NCBI RefSeq assembly: GCF_022045235.1
Contig: NW_027266275.1
Location: 62,930,001 to 62,994,000 of the forward strand
Origin: Haliotis cracherodii
Lineage: Eukaryota
Direction: 5' to 3'
Length of the DNA: 64,000 bases
Shown: one piece after another, positions 53,082 to 64,000 of the stretch
How positions within the stretch are numbered: position 1 is the first letter of the stretch
Layout of the letters: the number at the start of each line of letters is the position of its first letter
Notes under the pieces: model-generated
Databases searched by the model: none
Seen by the model: only the letters and a program-made list of their open reading frames with translations
What the model was told of the DNA's origin: nothing
Program-made: the position numbers and the translations under genes

Positions 53082-54169
53082 TATTGGATCACAACGCCAG
53101 TTTCTCAGTATGTCACAACGCTGAACTGAGTTTTGTTTGTTTACATGTATTTTCGTCATTAACTGACACAAAATATTTATGTAAAAAGACAACAGTTTCG
53201 TTAGGTTTAGACTAATAGACTCATTTATTGTTACCCCGGGTAGAAAACCCTTTTTTCATTCATTTTCTGTTTTGTTTTACCAATGACATATTCAGCGTCC
53301 ATAAAATCATGTCAAAATATGACGGAACATTGCCATGGTGACTTTTGTATCGATTGAATTGATATCACCACACGTTTCTCTCTCCGGGCGGATTCAGGAT
53401 TAGAATGGGTCACCCAATCCAATGGATCATGTGGTTTAGTGACTTGGCTGCTTGCATGATATCATAGCCCGACTGCGTAGATATCGTATGCGTAAAAATT
53501 CATTCCTTAATAATAAATAAAGTGAATCTGTTTATGAATCGCCATCTAACAATGATGACACTAATTGTTCGCGAAACGATGAGCGTGCCATGTCCCATCG
53601 AGGGCACCCGTCACAAACACTTTTAAAGGCAAGTCAATTGTTTACCTGAAAAAAAACACGGGAACATATCGTAAAAAGTAAAAAATAGATAATCATTTTT
53701 GTCACTGAAAATATCAATATCTGGATTGTTATACAGTGTTATTCAACCATTTTCTGAAAGACCACTCGTCTGCATTTTATGAGGCTTTTTGGATCACTAC
53801 TGGTTAAAAAATGAACGTATGATCCATGTTGAGTAAATATTGTTTGTGGTGTAGCTCAGATAGTGTTTCCTTTCCCCAAAATGGGTACAGTGTGTGAAAA
53901 CTGTTCTTTCTGTCAACATCACCGTTATTTTGCTTAAAATCTCATTCATAACTAGATGTTGTTGGCTCTGTTTATTGTTTGTTGTCAACGCACGGACCTT
54001 CCCTAATCTGATCCAGATATTGTTTAAGACTAAACTATTAAGGTGAATGTGTTTTTTAGGAATGTACTAAGTCTTCAGATCAGTATTTCCCTTGTCTGTA
54101 GCTCTCGAATGCACTACATTGCAGAAAGGTGTTGTCTCGTCCCGACATACAAGGTCTTGCAATAAAAAG

Positions 54170-54370
54170 CGACTGTGCTTGTCGTAAGATCGGGTGTTCA
54201 GGCTCGCTGACTTGCTTGATGCATGTCATCGTATCTCAATTGGATGGATCGATGCTCATAATGTCAATCACTGGATTGTCTCGTCCAGACTCGATTATTT
54301 ACCGACCGCCGTCAAATAGCTTGAATGTTGCTGAGTGTGGAGTTAAATAACAAACAAACAAACAAACAAA
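54170..54370 (+). mobile_element. SINE-like family 4
   Basis: Core and (AAAC)n tail. Confidence 0.85.
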
Positions 54371-56014
54371 CATAAACACGATCGCCGTCGTTTCCAGTTT
54401 TCCATATTTTAATATTGACCAAGAAACGATGAATTTCTTTAGACTTTCATACTTGTATATTATTAACACCTGTACAACTAATGGCATAGGTCGTGGAATG
54501 TACTATTTAATAGGTTAACTGAATTGTTAAAATATTCTTTCAATTAATACCTCATAAATACTGGCTGAGACCGTTCTTATTAACCATCTTGTATTCCCCA
54601 ATAGCTGTCGCCAAGGAGTCTCATATAGTGTAAAGGTTATAACGTTTTTCCTAATACCTCCTTGATCATGCTTTATGGTACGTTTTATAGAGCCACGAAT
54701 AATGAAAGCCAAAATAGCTATGCCCTTCTCATAGTTAATATCTTTATCCTGGTCCAAGACCAAATTAAGATGAATCACGTGCTTGTCTTTTCTTGACTTG
54801 CACGATGCTAAGTGACTTGGAGTAGATATTGTCTTCTCAGCTCTAATTCCAACAGTAGTTATGCTATAAATGTGATAACGTCTCCTTAGATTGTATTGTC
54901 GGGAAAGAAGCTCATCCATGGGTTTTTGTTCTTTTACAAAGGACAGTGGTGCTAGATGCTCCATAATAACGTATTTGTCGCACACCCAACCACCACAACT
55001 ACTCATCTCAAACGCAGAGGGCACATGATGAGGTAGGTTACATCCAAATCGGACTTAACGAGGAGAATAATACTTAACCTCATCAACCCTTAAACTGCAC
55101 ACCGTGAAATGTCCTGTCTGGCTCTCTTCTGGTGTCGTACCTTCCGAAGACAGTCACAATTAGACGTCTACGCTCAGTTGCTGAATGTCTGGCCAGGTTC
55201 TGGACACTTGTGGGCCTCTCGAGACCATGAATCAAACTTGTCTGTTGTGGTCATTCTCCTAGCAGACTTTCTGAATATGAGGCCGGTAGAAGCCTACCTT
55301 TGTGCCGTCTCTAAACCCGAGATTATAACCTCCTCCGGGAGCTACCTACTTCATTACTTATTAGCGCAGCGTTGCTATCACAAAGGTTATAACCTCCTAC
55401 GAGAGATACCAAATAGTTTGGTGTCTAATTTGACATAACGCCCTTTTGATCCATAATGTTATGATAGCGAATTCAAATTAAGTTTATTTCAGATTCGCGT
55501 TTATTCCGACATCGCTCATATACAGTGGCAGTGTTTTGTCTAAATATAAGTTTAATAATCATATTATAGAATAAACCCTTTGTCAATGTACGTTAATGTA
55601 ACTACATAGTATTATAAGAACGACAGCTACTATACTTGTATTTGTACTGTTATGTGCATATCTAACAATAGATGGTGCATGGTACATGCATGTGTATAGG
55701 TTGAAGTCTTAACTTGAATCCGTGTACCTATCGAATAGTCGTCACGATATGGCTGAAATATTGCCGATGTGACGTTAAATTTTAACTCACTCAGTCATGT
55801 GTCGAATAGCATGCAGTCGGATTCATACTCTCTGTTCATCAGGAAGCTGAATGCATCATTCTTTTCAGAATTAGGCGAGAAGTTAAACCTGTTAGGCCAT
55901 GTACTTGGTAATGATGCCTTGTAACACAAAACTCTAACACAACATGGAGTTATTTGGTCAGTTAATCCTTTTATCAGAGATACGTTTCATCTGGGCCGAT
56001 GGAATGAATATTTG

Positions 56015-56170
56015 TGAGTGAGTGAGTTTGATTTTACGCTGCTCTTAGCAATAGTCCAGCATTATCACGGCGGGGGACACCGGAAATGGGCTTCACACAT
56101 TGTACCCATGTCGGGAATCGAACCCGGGTGTGCGAGCGAACGCATTAACCATTAGGCTACCCGACCCCCC
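56015..56170 (-). mobile_element. SINE family 1
   Basis: Reverse copy. Confidence 0.88.
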
Positions 56171-57638
56171 TTGTACTGTTAAAATATGATAGATTACACT
56201 GTGGCATAGAAACGCTATACATATTAGCCAAATTTATAACATATCTAAAACATACATCGATTTACATTCGGGAACGTTGAATACAAGGCCACACAAGCGA
56301 TATTTGATCATTCCAATGTATCATAGTGAGGGTTTGGAGGGGTTTAGGTTTTATCAGAGAATGTATATGTTTTATTCATCCCCTGTGTTAAGTAAGTTAA
56401 ATATATCCATCTTAATATTCACAGTGTCGTCAATACAAATCAGGTAACAACAGCTTGACTATTAGTACCATGGCAAACATGTCATGTATTGGTCAGCTGC
56501 CAATATTTAAAATTATACAAAGGCTGGTTGATCACAGGAACGTGACATTGTGGATGAGGTGCGGGATATTGTAGGCTGACCATACATGTGTCGCTTATGT
56601 GGCACCTGGCAGTCTGACCGTGATTTGCCCCCTCGGGATCAATGGACAATGCTTTGTATTGGCCGGGAGCTGCCCTCGAACAGCATCGAGAGAGGTTGGC
56701 CGACCACGGCCTGGGAGTTGCTAACTGGAGACCATATATTTATGATAATTTTGTTTAGTTGCATCATATCATAGAATAGATGTTGTGGACCCATAGACTT
56801 GTATTGTAAAATACAGAAGTATATATGCAATAGAGCACCATTATCTACCTGGAATAAATGATGTGTTTGATATAGCATATACACACAATGAAACATGCCC
56901 TAACAGCATGTACACGGCAGTGTAATTTAGCGATACAAGTTACACTGACAAATACAGTAATCCTCAAACACACCATCAGCCAAACTCATTGTGCTTCTCG
57001 ATGGATATATGATAAACCGGTAGGATATTAAACTATTCTTTTCAGCCGGACATTATGTTATCAACTTTTGTACTGGTAGTTTTTTATTTGTGTTGTCTTT
57101 GGTGTAGCAAAGACTATATAACGACTGATACTTAGTCAGCAATATTATCCTAATGTAATATTGGTTGATACAAGTAATCATTTTTTAGGGCGCCTGAACG
57201 TGGTTCAAGTGGCTGTACCAGAACGTCGTATAGAAGAATATAAGGTATCTAAATCCTTAAGCTACTCAGGTGTTACTTGATTAAGTTGCTAAACAATACA
57301 AGTTAATTTCACACTTCCGCGGTGTAAAGTAATCCTCATCTTTCCCTGAAGCCTACAAACATTTCATCAAAATCATTTTGTTTCCTTTGCGTTTGTTCTT
57401 TGTCGTTGACTGTCGTCCGGGGTGTCCATTTGAGAAATAAAGCTCAATCTTGCGTTAAATAAAATTGTTTTTCCTTCATTCAGCGGTATTGTACAGTAAA
57501 ATACTTTCTCAAAGGAGTCACTCTCCACTGTACACAAGGCAAATGCACAAACACGTCACTAGACAATATGTGCATTCAAGTAGAAATCTGAATTGGAATC
57601 ATCATGCTCAAGGCTACGTCAAAGTCTTTTTGGAACAG

Positions 57639-57921
57639 AGGGCACTGGTGGCCCAGTCGTCTAAGGCGCCGCGATTCGCTGTGCATAGTTGCGTCCCTTG
57701 GGCACGCCAGAAACCTATGATTGTGGTTTCGAATCCCGGTTCGCCCCGATTATGTTTCTAGGTTTGTCAGCACCACACCCGTGCTCGTGGGTTTCACCGA
57801 AGTGGTAAATGTCTGAGATCTGCATCACGTCGGTCTTTCCTCCCACATTAAGCTGACACGCCGTGATATAACTGGAATACTGTTAACAGCGGCGTTAACC
57901 CCAAACCACTCACACACACTC
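57639..57921 (+). mobile_element. SINE family 2 (V-like)
   Basis: Near full length, homologous to 42804-43085. Confidence 0.9.
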
Positions 57922-57994
57922 AATTGATAAGGTCATGGGAAACAAATGCTAATAATGTTTTGAGGTCGACATGACACGCTATGGTAAGGAAAAG

Positions 57995-58170
57995 CTCATC
58001 GTGGATAACCATCACACCACCTCCAAACAGTGTGACCTTGTCCATGCAGCAACGTGCCGTACTTTCACTCCTGAAGGAACACATCCGCTGTCTGTCATCT
58101 GATATGTGCATTCAGAATCGCCCTTTATGGGAACAGAGAACCTGTCGGCTCACCCAGTGACCCACTATTA
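57995..58170 (-). mobile_element. Tc1 transposase fragment
   Basis: DDRQRM...CCMDKVTLFGGGVMV in ORF 57920..58111. Confidence 0.7.
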
Positions 58171-58377
58171 TTGCAGCCAACATGAAGTCACGGTCATTTG
58201 GCCAGTTCACTTTCAGTTTGGTAGCTTTCTTCAGCTGTCCATAGTATTTATAGTATTTGTCAGTTCTCCCCAACAGCGCCTCTCTCTACAACTGTGTCTC
58301 GTTATCCGATTCTCCTTAACTTTGCCTGTTTGTTTGGCTCTGTCTCTCTTTAGCTCAGGATCATTTCATCTCACTTT

Positions 58378-58430
<53 letters not shown>

Positions 58431-59256
58431 GCTGCATCTCTCTCCAACGCTTTAAATCTCTCTCTCCATCTGTCTCTCATATGTCCTTTTCCCTGAAATA
58501 TGCCAGCTTCTGTGATTATGTCAGTTTATATATTCCATTTCCTGTTTGAAGAAGGCTGATATCATCATTCCTCAGCTCTTTTTTAGTTCCCCTTTCTTCG
58601 CCTTTTCATTACCTGAACCTATTTATCCGGATATTTCTTCCCCAAAGAAAACAGAGACAAAGTGTTTCCTTCTCCCAGAAACCTGGTAGCCCAGGCGAAA
58701 TTCAAGCCTGCACAGATTTCTCTGTCTACATGCTTACCATGAGCGGATACCAAGTTACTCGAGAAAGCCTACGTACAAGGTCTACGTGTGAGGTCATGGA
58801 TATGCTACAAGGAGAATCTACGTCCAGTGTGTACAATGTACTTCGCTCTTTATTACCGTTTCTCAGGGCCACACAGGACATAAAGCGCATTGCTTGATGA
58901 GGCTTGCTCTACCGCTCATGGATCCTATCACACTCTCATACACTGGTGTGGAAAGAATCCATTAATGCTAACAATGTTTCCAACCAAGTACATTTTCGTG
59001 ACAAAAGGGAAACCCTGTAGTGAAGAATCACATTCGTGCTGTAATCAAAGAGCGAGCCTTACATTTGAATGTGATCAACTGTTGTATACAAAACGTTTGT
59101 TTATATCTTTGTTAGACTTTGAAGTTGTTTATCATCTTCTTAATGAGGATTACTTGCTGTCTTGCTCTGAAAGATGTGATACTTAAAAACCCCTATCATT
59201 CCGCTATTATCAGCCTGTCAAACCAGTTTGATTTTGATACTCTCATGGCATACTGT

Positions 59257-59470
59257 GACCCGTGAAGATCCGGCTTAGAATAGATCTTCATGCTGCAACC
59301 CATGCTTGTCGTAAGAGACGAATAACGGGATCGGGTGGTCAGGCTCGCTGACTTGGTTTGATGCATGTCATCGTATCTCAGCTATGTATATCGATGCTCA
59401 AGATATCAATCACTCGATTGTCTTGTCCAAACTAGTTTATTTACAGACAGTCTTCATATACCTGGAATAT
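59257..59470 (+). mobile_element. SINE-like family 4
   Basis: GACCCGTGAAGATCCGG start, GCTTGTCGTAAGAG hairpin arm. Confidence 0.82.
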
Positions 59471-60389
59471 CGAAACAGCCGCATTTCATACAAGCTCGTG
59501 GTCAAAAAGGTAAACTATTTAAATTGTCTCTTTGAACATATGATTTGCTGCTTTCCTCCCTTTCAGGGAATGTTCAACCAAACCTCTTGCGTTCGTCATA
59601 AATGAATAACAAATCTATCTTTGCCTCAGAATTTAAACATTTAGGTGGGATTGGTATGACAAGCCAATATGTAACTATGCAAATATACTGTGTACTGTAT
59701 CTGAAAACGTCAAGTTTGTGTACATGTTGTTTTGTCATTGCAAGATTATTTGTCTTTGCCTTTGTTTGTGACTGGTACCACCAATCGGACAGGATACGCT
59801 AACATTGTTTTGCGAACACTGTGTATCATAACTACTTAACAATAATTCATGAACTCGTGCTTATGATATAGTCGGAATCGTTCAATGTTTTTGGTGGACA
59901 TAATTATGATTTTTATTGTATAAAAATATATAGTTTCATGGAACAATGAGTTTTATCGAGATAACGTTTTGCCCCATGTCTTTTGCGAACACGTGCCCTT
60001 TCCTTATTCAATAGAAATCTCTGCCAAAAGTAGAGTCGATTTACTATTCCGACTATATCATGAGCATGTGTTTATGAATCACAAATTACTAAGGGATGAT
60101 ACCAAGTGTTTGCGAAAACGTGAGACACATGTTGTCACTTCAAATATAACACTCGATCGCCGTTTCCTCACTTTTTCAACAAGGAACAAAGCATTTGTTT
60201 CCGTCCTAATTTATTTTTCTAAGGATAACATTTTGCGAATATGAAAAAAGTATTGCCAATGACAGCTACAAATATAGAAATTGTGCAGATATATGCTTAA
60301 TTGAAAGGAAAAGATTGGAATGTGTTGCTGAAAAATCCAAAGCAACACGTAATCGACCGGTAAGGTGATCAGGACAGCAGCCAACAAAT

Positions 60390-61994
60390 CATTGAGCATT
60401 ACACTGTCGATAGCGGGTATGTGATCCAGCAGTTGCGATGACAGCCTGGCACCTTCGTCTCATGCTTCCAATAAGCGTCTGGATGGATGCCAAGGGGAAA
60501 TTGTACAACTCTTTGGTGAGAGCAATTACGAGTTCTTGGAGAGAACCTGGATCCACAGGACGACGTGAGATGGACACCTAAAGCATGTTCCAAAGGTGTT
60601 CGATCAGGTTGGCCACTCCATACGGACGATTGTCTCTTGCTCATGGTAAGCATCAACCACTCTGGCACGATGGGGTGAGAATGAAGTTAGGACCATATGC
60701 AACAGCATACGGTCTCACGTAAACATCCAAGATCTCATCCCTGTAACGCACACCTGTCATCGTGCCCCTCACTAACACATTCAGATCGGGTCTCCCAGCC
60801 CTGCTGATTCCACCCCAAACCATTAATGAGCCAAATACCGTATGTCATGTTCGGGTACGTTAGCATCCTGAAATCGCCCTCCTGCACTACGCCAAGTCTA
60901 AACAGTACCTTGACTCGTCTGTGAAGAGTACGGATGTCAGATCATTGATTGTCAAATTGACATGATCTCTCGTCCAATCCAAATGTGCTTGCCTGTTACG
61001 CTGGGTAAGAGGGATGCGAATCCATGCTCTTCTTGACCGAAGACCAGCCTCCCGCAGGCGATTACAGACTGTCTGAGTTACAATGTTTACTCCAGTGGCG
61101 TTCTACTGTTCATTTCTGATCGTGGTGGCCGTCACAAAGGGATGACGTCTTGCTGAGAGCAAGAGAAACCGGTCATCTCGCTGTGTGGTAGAGCGTTCAC
61201 GACTGCCTCCTTGACGCTGGGGGACCGCATCCGTGGTCTAGTGGTAGAGCGTCCGCCCGGAGAGCGGAAGGTCCGGGGTTCGATCCCCGACCGCGTCATA
61301 CCAAAAGAGGTTGAAAGATGATACTCGTTGTTACCCTGTCTGGCGCTCGGCATTAAGGGGCTAAAACAAGGACTGGTCGGCTCGGAGTCAGTATACTGTG
61401 TCTAAGTGGGGTATTCATGTTGAACTGCAGCATGGTATCTCAGTGAGCTAAATCGGCATCAGTCCGGACTAGCACAGGCAGCCACACACACACACACACG
61501 TGCATGCACGTCGCTATATAAGTGCAATAATCTTAGACGCGACGTTAAACCCCATTTCACCTCACCTCACCTTGTCGCTGGGTACCTGAACCATGAGTCT
61601 GATACCGATTCCATTCTCTGCAGACCGGGCGTTGACTCACACCAAGGACGTTGGCAACTTAGCGTTGTGTTGCCCTACTGTCCAACGATGTCAGTGACGT
61701 TGAGGGGGCATTTCTGTTTTCAGTAACTGCCATCAATGCTTGTCAGGCTTTCAAACAACGGAGTGCAGGGTTCTTATGACAAAGAATCACATCGTTGGCA
61801 ACTGTGGTTATCATGCGTCACATGCATATGGTGCATATGGTATCCGTCACAGCATGCCTTTTCCTTCTTAGTGGGGTAGTGTGGCTCCAGAGGGGTCACA
61901 TAATCATTGTGTACCGGGTTTTATTCCAATGTGACTTCATATCATAATTTCATGTTGCATTGACGATGTGATCCTTAGCAAACTTTCAGTAGTA
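60390..61994 (-). mobile_element. Decayed Tc1-like transposon with nested SINE
   Basis: WSGQPDRTPLEH, LQELVIALTKELYNFPLASIQTLIGSMRRRCQAVIATAGSHTRY, LFTDESR, GSLMVWGGI. Confidence 0.85.
61222..61570 (+). mobile_element. SINE family 3 (Meta-like), full length
   Basis: TSD CCTTG(A/T)CGCTGGG on both sides. Confidence 0.92.
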
Positions 61995-63353
61995 TATTAC
62001 CATGTAAACACTTGCAAAGTTGATAAACAGGTCACGGAATGCTCCAATTTAAAGTTTACCTGATCTGCCCTGGTAATAAGCATTATACCATCTCAGACCG
62101 TTCTTAAATATCTTGTATTGGTTGGTATAGCTGGTGTTTCATATCGTATAATTGTTATAAAGTCACCATCTTCTTGATCATGTTTCATAAAGAGCATTTA
62201 TGTATGGGCCCTCAGTATGAAAACAAAAATAGCTGTGTCCTTGTCATAGTTATTTTCGCTAATCGAAACATACTTAGATCAATAACGTGCACATGTGTTT
62301 CCTTGAAGACCATGACCCTAAGTGTTTGGAAGTAGATTCTCTTCTCAGCTCCTATCCCGACATTTCTTGTCCACGACTACTGATAGCGCCTTTGTAGAGT
62401 GTATTGCATGTAATGAAGTTTACTCATAGGTCTTTGTTCTTTTTCGCTGAACCGCGGTGCTAAATGTCCCTTAAATAGCGTATGTGTCTCCCCTAACGCA
62501 GCGGGAACTTGATGAGGTAGGGTACATCTATGTCGGTCTTAACGAGTAGGATAACGCCTAACCTCATGGACCCCTAAATACGTAGCGTAAAATGTCTGTC
62601 TAGCTCTCGTCTGGTGCATTACCTTCTGTCATAATTACGTGTCCACGCTCAGACACTGAATGTCGGGGCCGCGGGTTGTTGTCTCTTATGGACAGTTTCC
62701 TGGCAGACTTGAGGTAGAAGCTAGCGATAGCCGTTGTATTGTCTGTAAACCCTTTGTTGATCTTATGGCAGACTGCTATCAAGCATCTCCTTTCTGCTCG
62801 TACTGTTCACAAATTGAGTTTTTGGCTCATTTCTCGATCGCAACTTTCATATAAAGCGACAGAGCTTTAGTCAAAAAAGCAAATTTCACCATAATCCTGG
62901 AACGTTATATAAAATAGCCTAACCACCAGTTTTATTTGTACTTATTATGTCAATTGAAGACCGAAATGTTATGTGGCTCTTGTAAGTGTACAGGTAAAAA
63001 CCTCAAACAGGTCTTCGGTGTTAACCGTTTGTCATAAAAGGCTTTGTAATGTGATTCGAGTCCAAGATTGAAGCCTCTTCTGAGAGCTACCTAACTGTCT
63101 TTGTGGCACATTGGCATTATCCGTGTCCTGTCAGTTCGCCCTGTTAACACATATCTTTTGCGCCTCTCTCATGATCGTATGTGTTCTCATAAAAAGTGAC
63201 TGAGAAGCATGTGAACCAATCATGTTATCATTGTAGGTTAGAGTAACACTGAAACGTCTTCTATTATTAAACTTTTCAAGAATGTTCCAGTTGAAAAAGG
63301 CATGGTTCATATGAGAACGTTGAAATTGTCGCAGTGAATCTAACTTCCACCTT

Positions 63354-63740
63354 CATAACAAATGTTATATTTGGGATGACACTCTCTTAGTAACGTACAA
63401 ACTCTAGCACTGTTTGGAGTCCCAACCGGGATTCGAACCCACACTGCCAAAGTGAGGCATTTAATCGCCTCCCACTCAGCCACCGAGCCTTCCAAATGAA
63501 AGTCCGACAACTGGTAGTCTTGATCACGTACTTTGAGTACCCCTCTGACAAGTGTAAATTGGTGCGGCACCCATGGCAGAAAGCTATGAATACACAATGC
63601 CATTTAGAGTGTGGTCAAACGTAACAAATGAACCAGGCATATTTGGGATAACTCTTTTTTAGTGAAGTACATATTCTAGATCATTTTGGGTTGAGTACCA
63701 TCCGGATTCACTCTGCCAAAGAGAGACACCTAATCGTCCG
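63354..63740 (-). mobile_element. Second locus of the tRNA-containing tandem unit
   Basis: Reverse homolog of 49540-49915 with partial tandem repetition (ATTTGGGAT.AC at about 63369 and 63642). Confidence 0.75.
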
Positions 63741-63776
63741 ACAACTTCTAGTCTAGATGACATTTGATTTATCCCT

Positions 63777-63777
<1 letters not shown>

Positions 63778-63809
<32 letters not shown>

Positions 63810-63817
63810 TTCATCAT
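63778..63817. repeat. (TCA)n microsatellite
   Basis: Direct reading. Confidence 0.9.
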
Positions 63818-64000
63818 CCTTAATTGTATTCAGGCCATAGGCCCATATACATACAATAATATCATATATATATACAATTTTGTACATGTACAAGCATAAA
63901 CATGCAGACTTATATGCACAGGGATGTGCACGTGTACAACTTCCATACTGGGTCGAGAAAAAGCCCAGGCGTAAAATATTCCATAACACAGCTTATCTCT

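Larger units (their letters stand above)
52330..57460 (-). pseudogene. NLR-like pseudogene, copy 6 (best preserved; includes 165-aa open frame 54527..55024)
   Basis: HRGSVKLTCIV (about 57295-57325), LSMLFEGSSRPIQSIVH*SR-GKS (Walker A remnant, 56620-56700), IGPDE and IIT-STWP (55890-56005), EVIISGLETAQ, RHSATERRRLIVTVFGRY, then EHLAPLSF...PMDELL...RRY...VGI; synonymous third-position differences from copy 7 in this frame. Confidence 0.65.
58780..63130 (-). pseudogene. NLR-like pseudogene, copy 7, split by Tc1
   Basis: INKGFTDNTTAIASFYLK (ORF 62600..62782, I.GFT motif), LGVILLVKTDIDVPYLIKFP, GHLAPRFSEKEQRPM...QYTLQRRY...VGIGAEK...YETP; 59490-59780 and 58780-59190 are homologous to 47580-47800 and 45390-45770. 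Confidence 0.6.

Noticed and set aside
62440-62480. GHLAP as a DNA/RNA non-specific endonuclease active site
   Set aside because: No DRGH context, the paralog reads EHLAP, and the position fits the post-winged-helix region of an NLR

Overview
AT-rich (roughly 38-40% GC by eye), repeat-dense animal genomic DNA. The SINE families (tRNA-headed, Meta- and V-like bodies, (ACTC)n tails) point to a gastropod mollusc, probably abalone (Haliotis); this is an inference. I see no intact protein-coding gene. The main hidden structure, visible only by manual frame-shifted translation and copy-to-copy comparison, is a tandem cluster of about seven decayed NLR-like (NACHT/STAND) pseudogenes, all on the minus strand. 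They retain pieces of Walker A, sensor-1, the helical-domain proline motif, the winged-helix FxH..E..A motif and HD2. Different N-terminal modules lie upstream: ankyrin-like, Death-like and TRADD-N-like. Overlaid on the cluster are four or five SINE families sharing one covarying 3' hairpin, Penelope-like RT remnants, Tc1/mariner fossils, a MITE, Helentron-like and Crypton-like non-autonomous elements, a tRNA-containing Penelope-type tandem/inverted unit, a 60-bp minisatellite apparently seeded from a SINE, and several local templated duplications. All family calls are by eye without database searches, and many boundaries are approximate.
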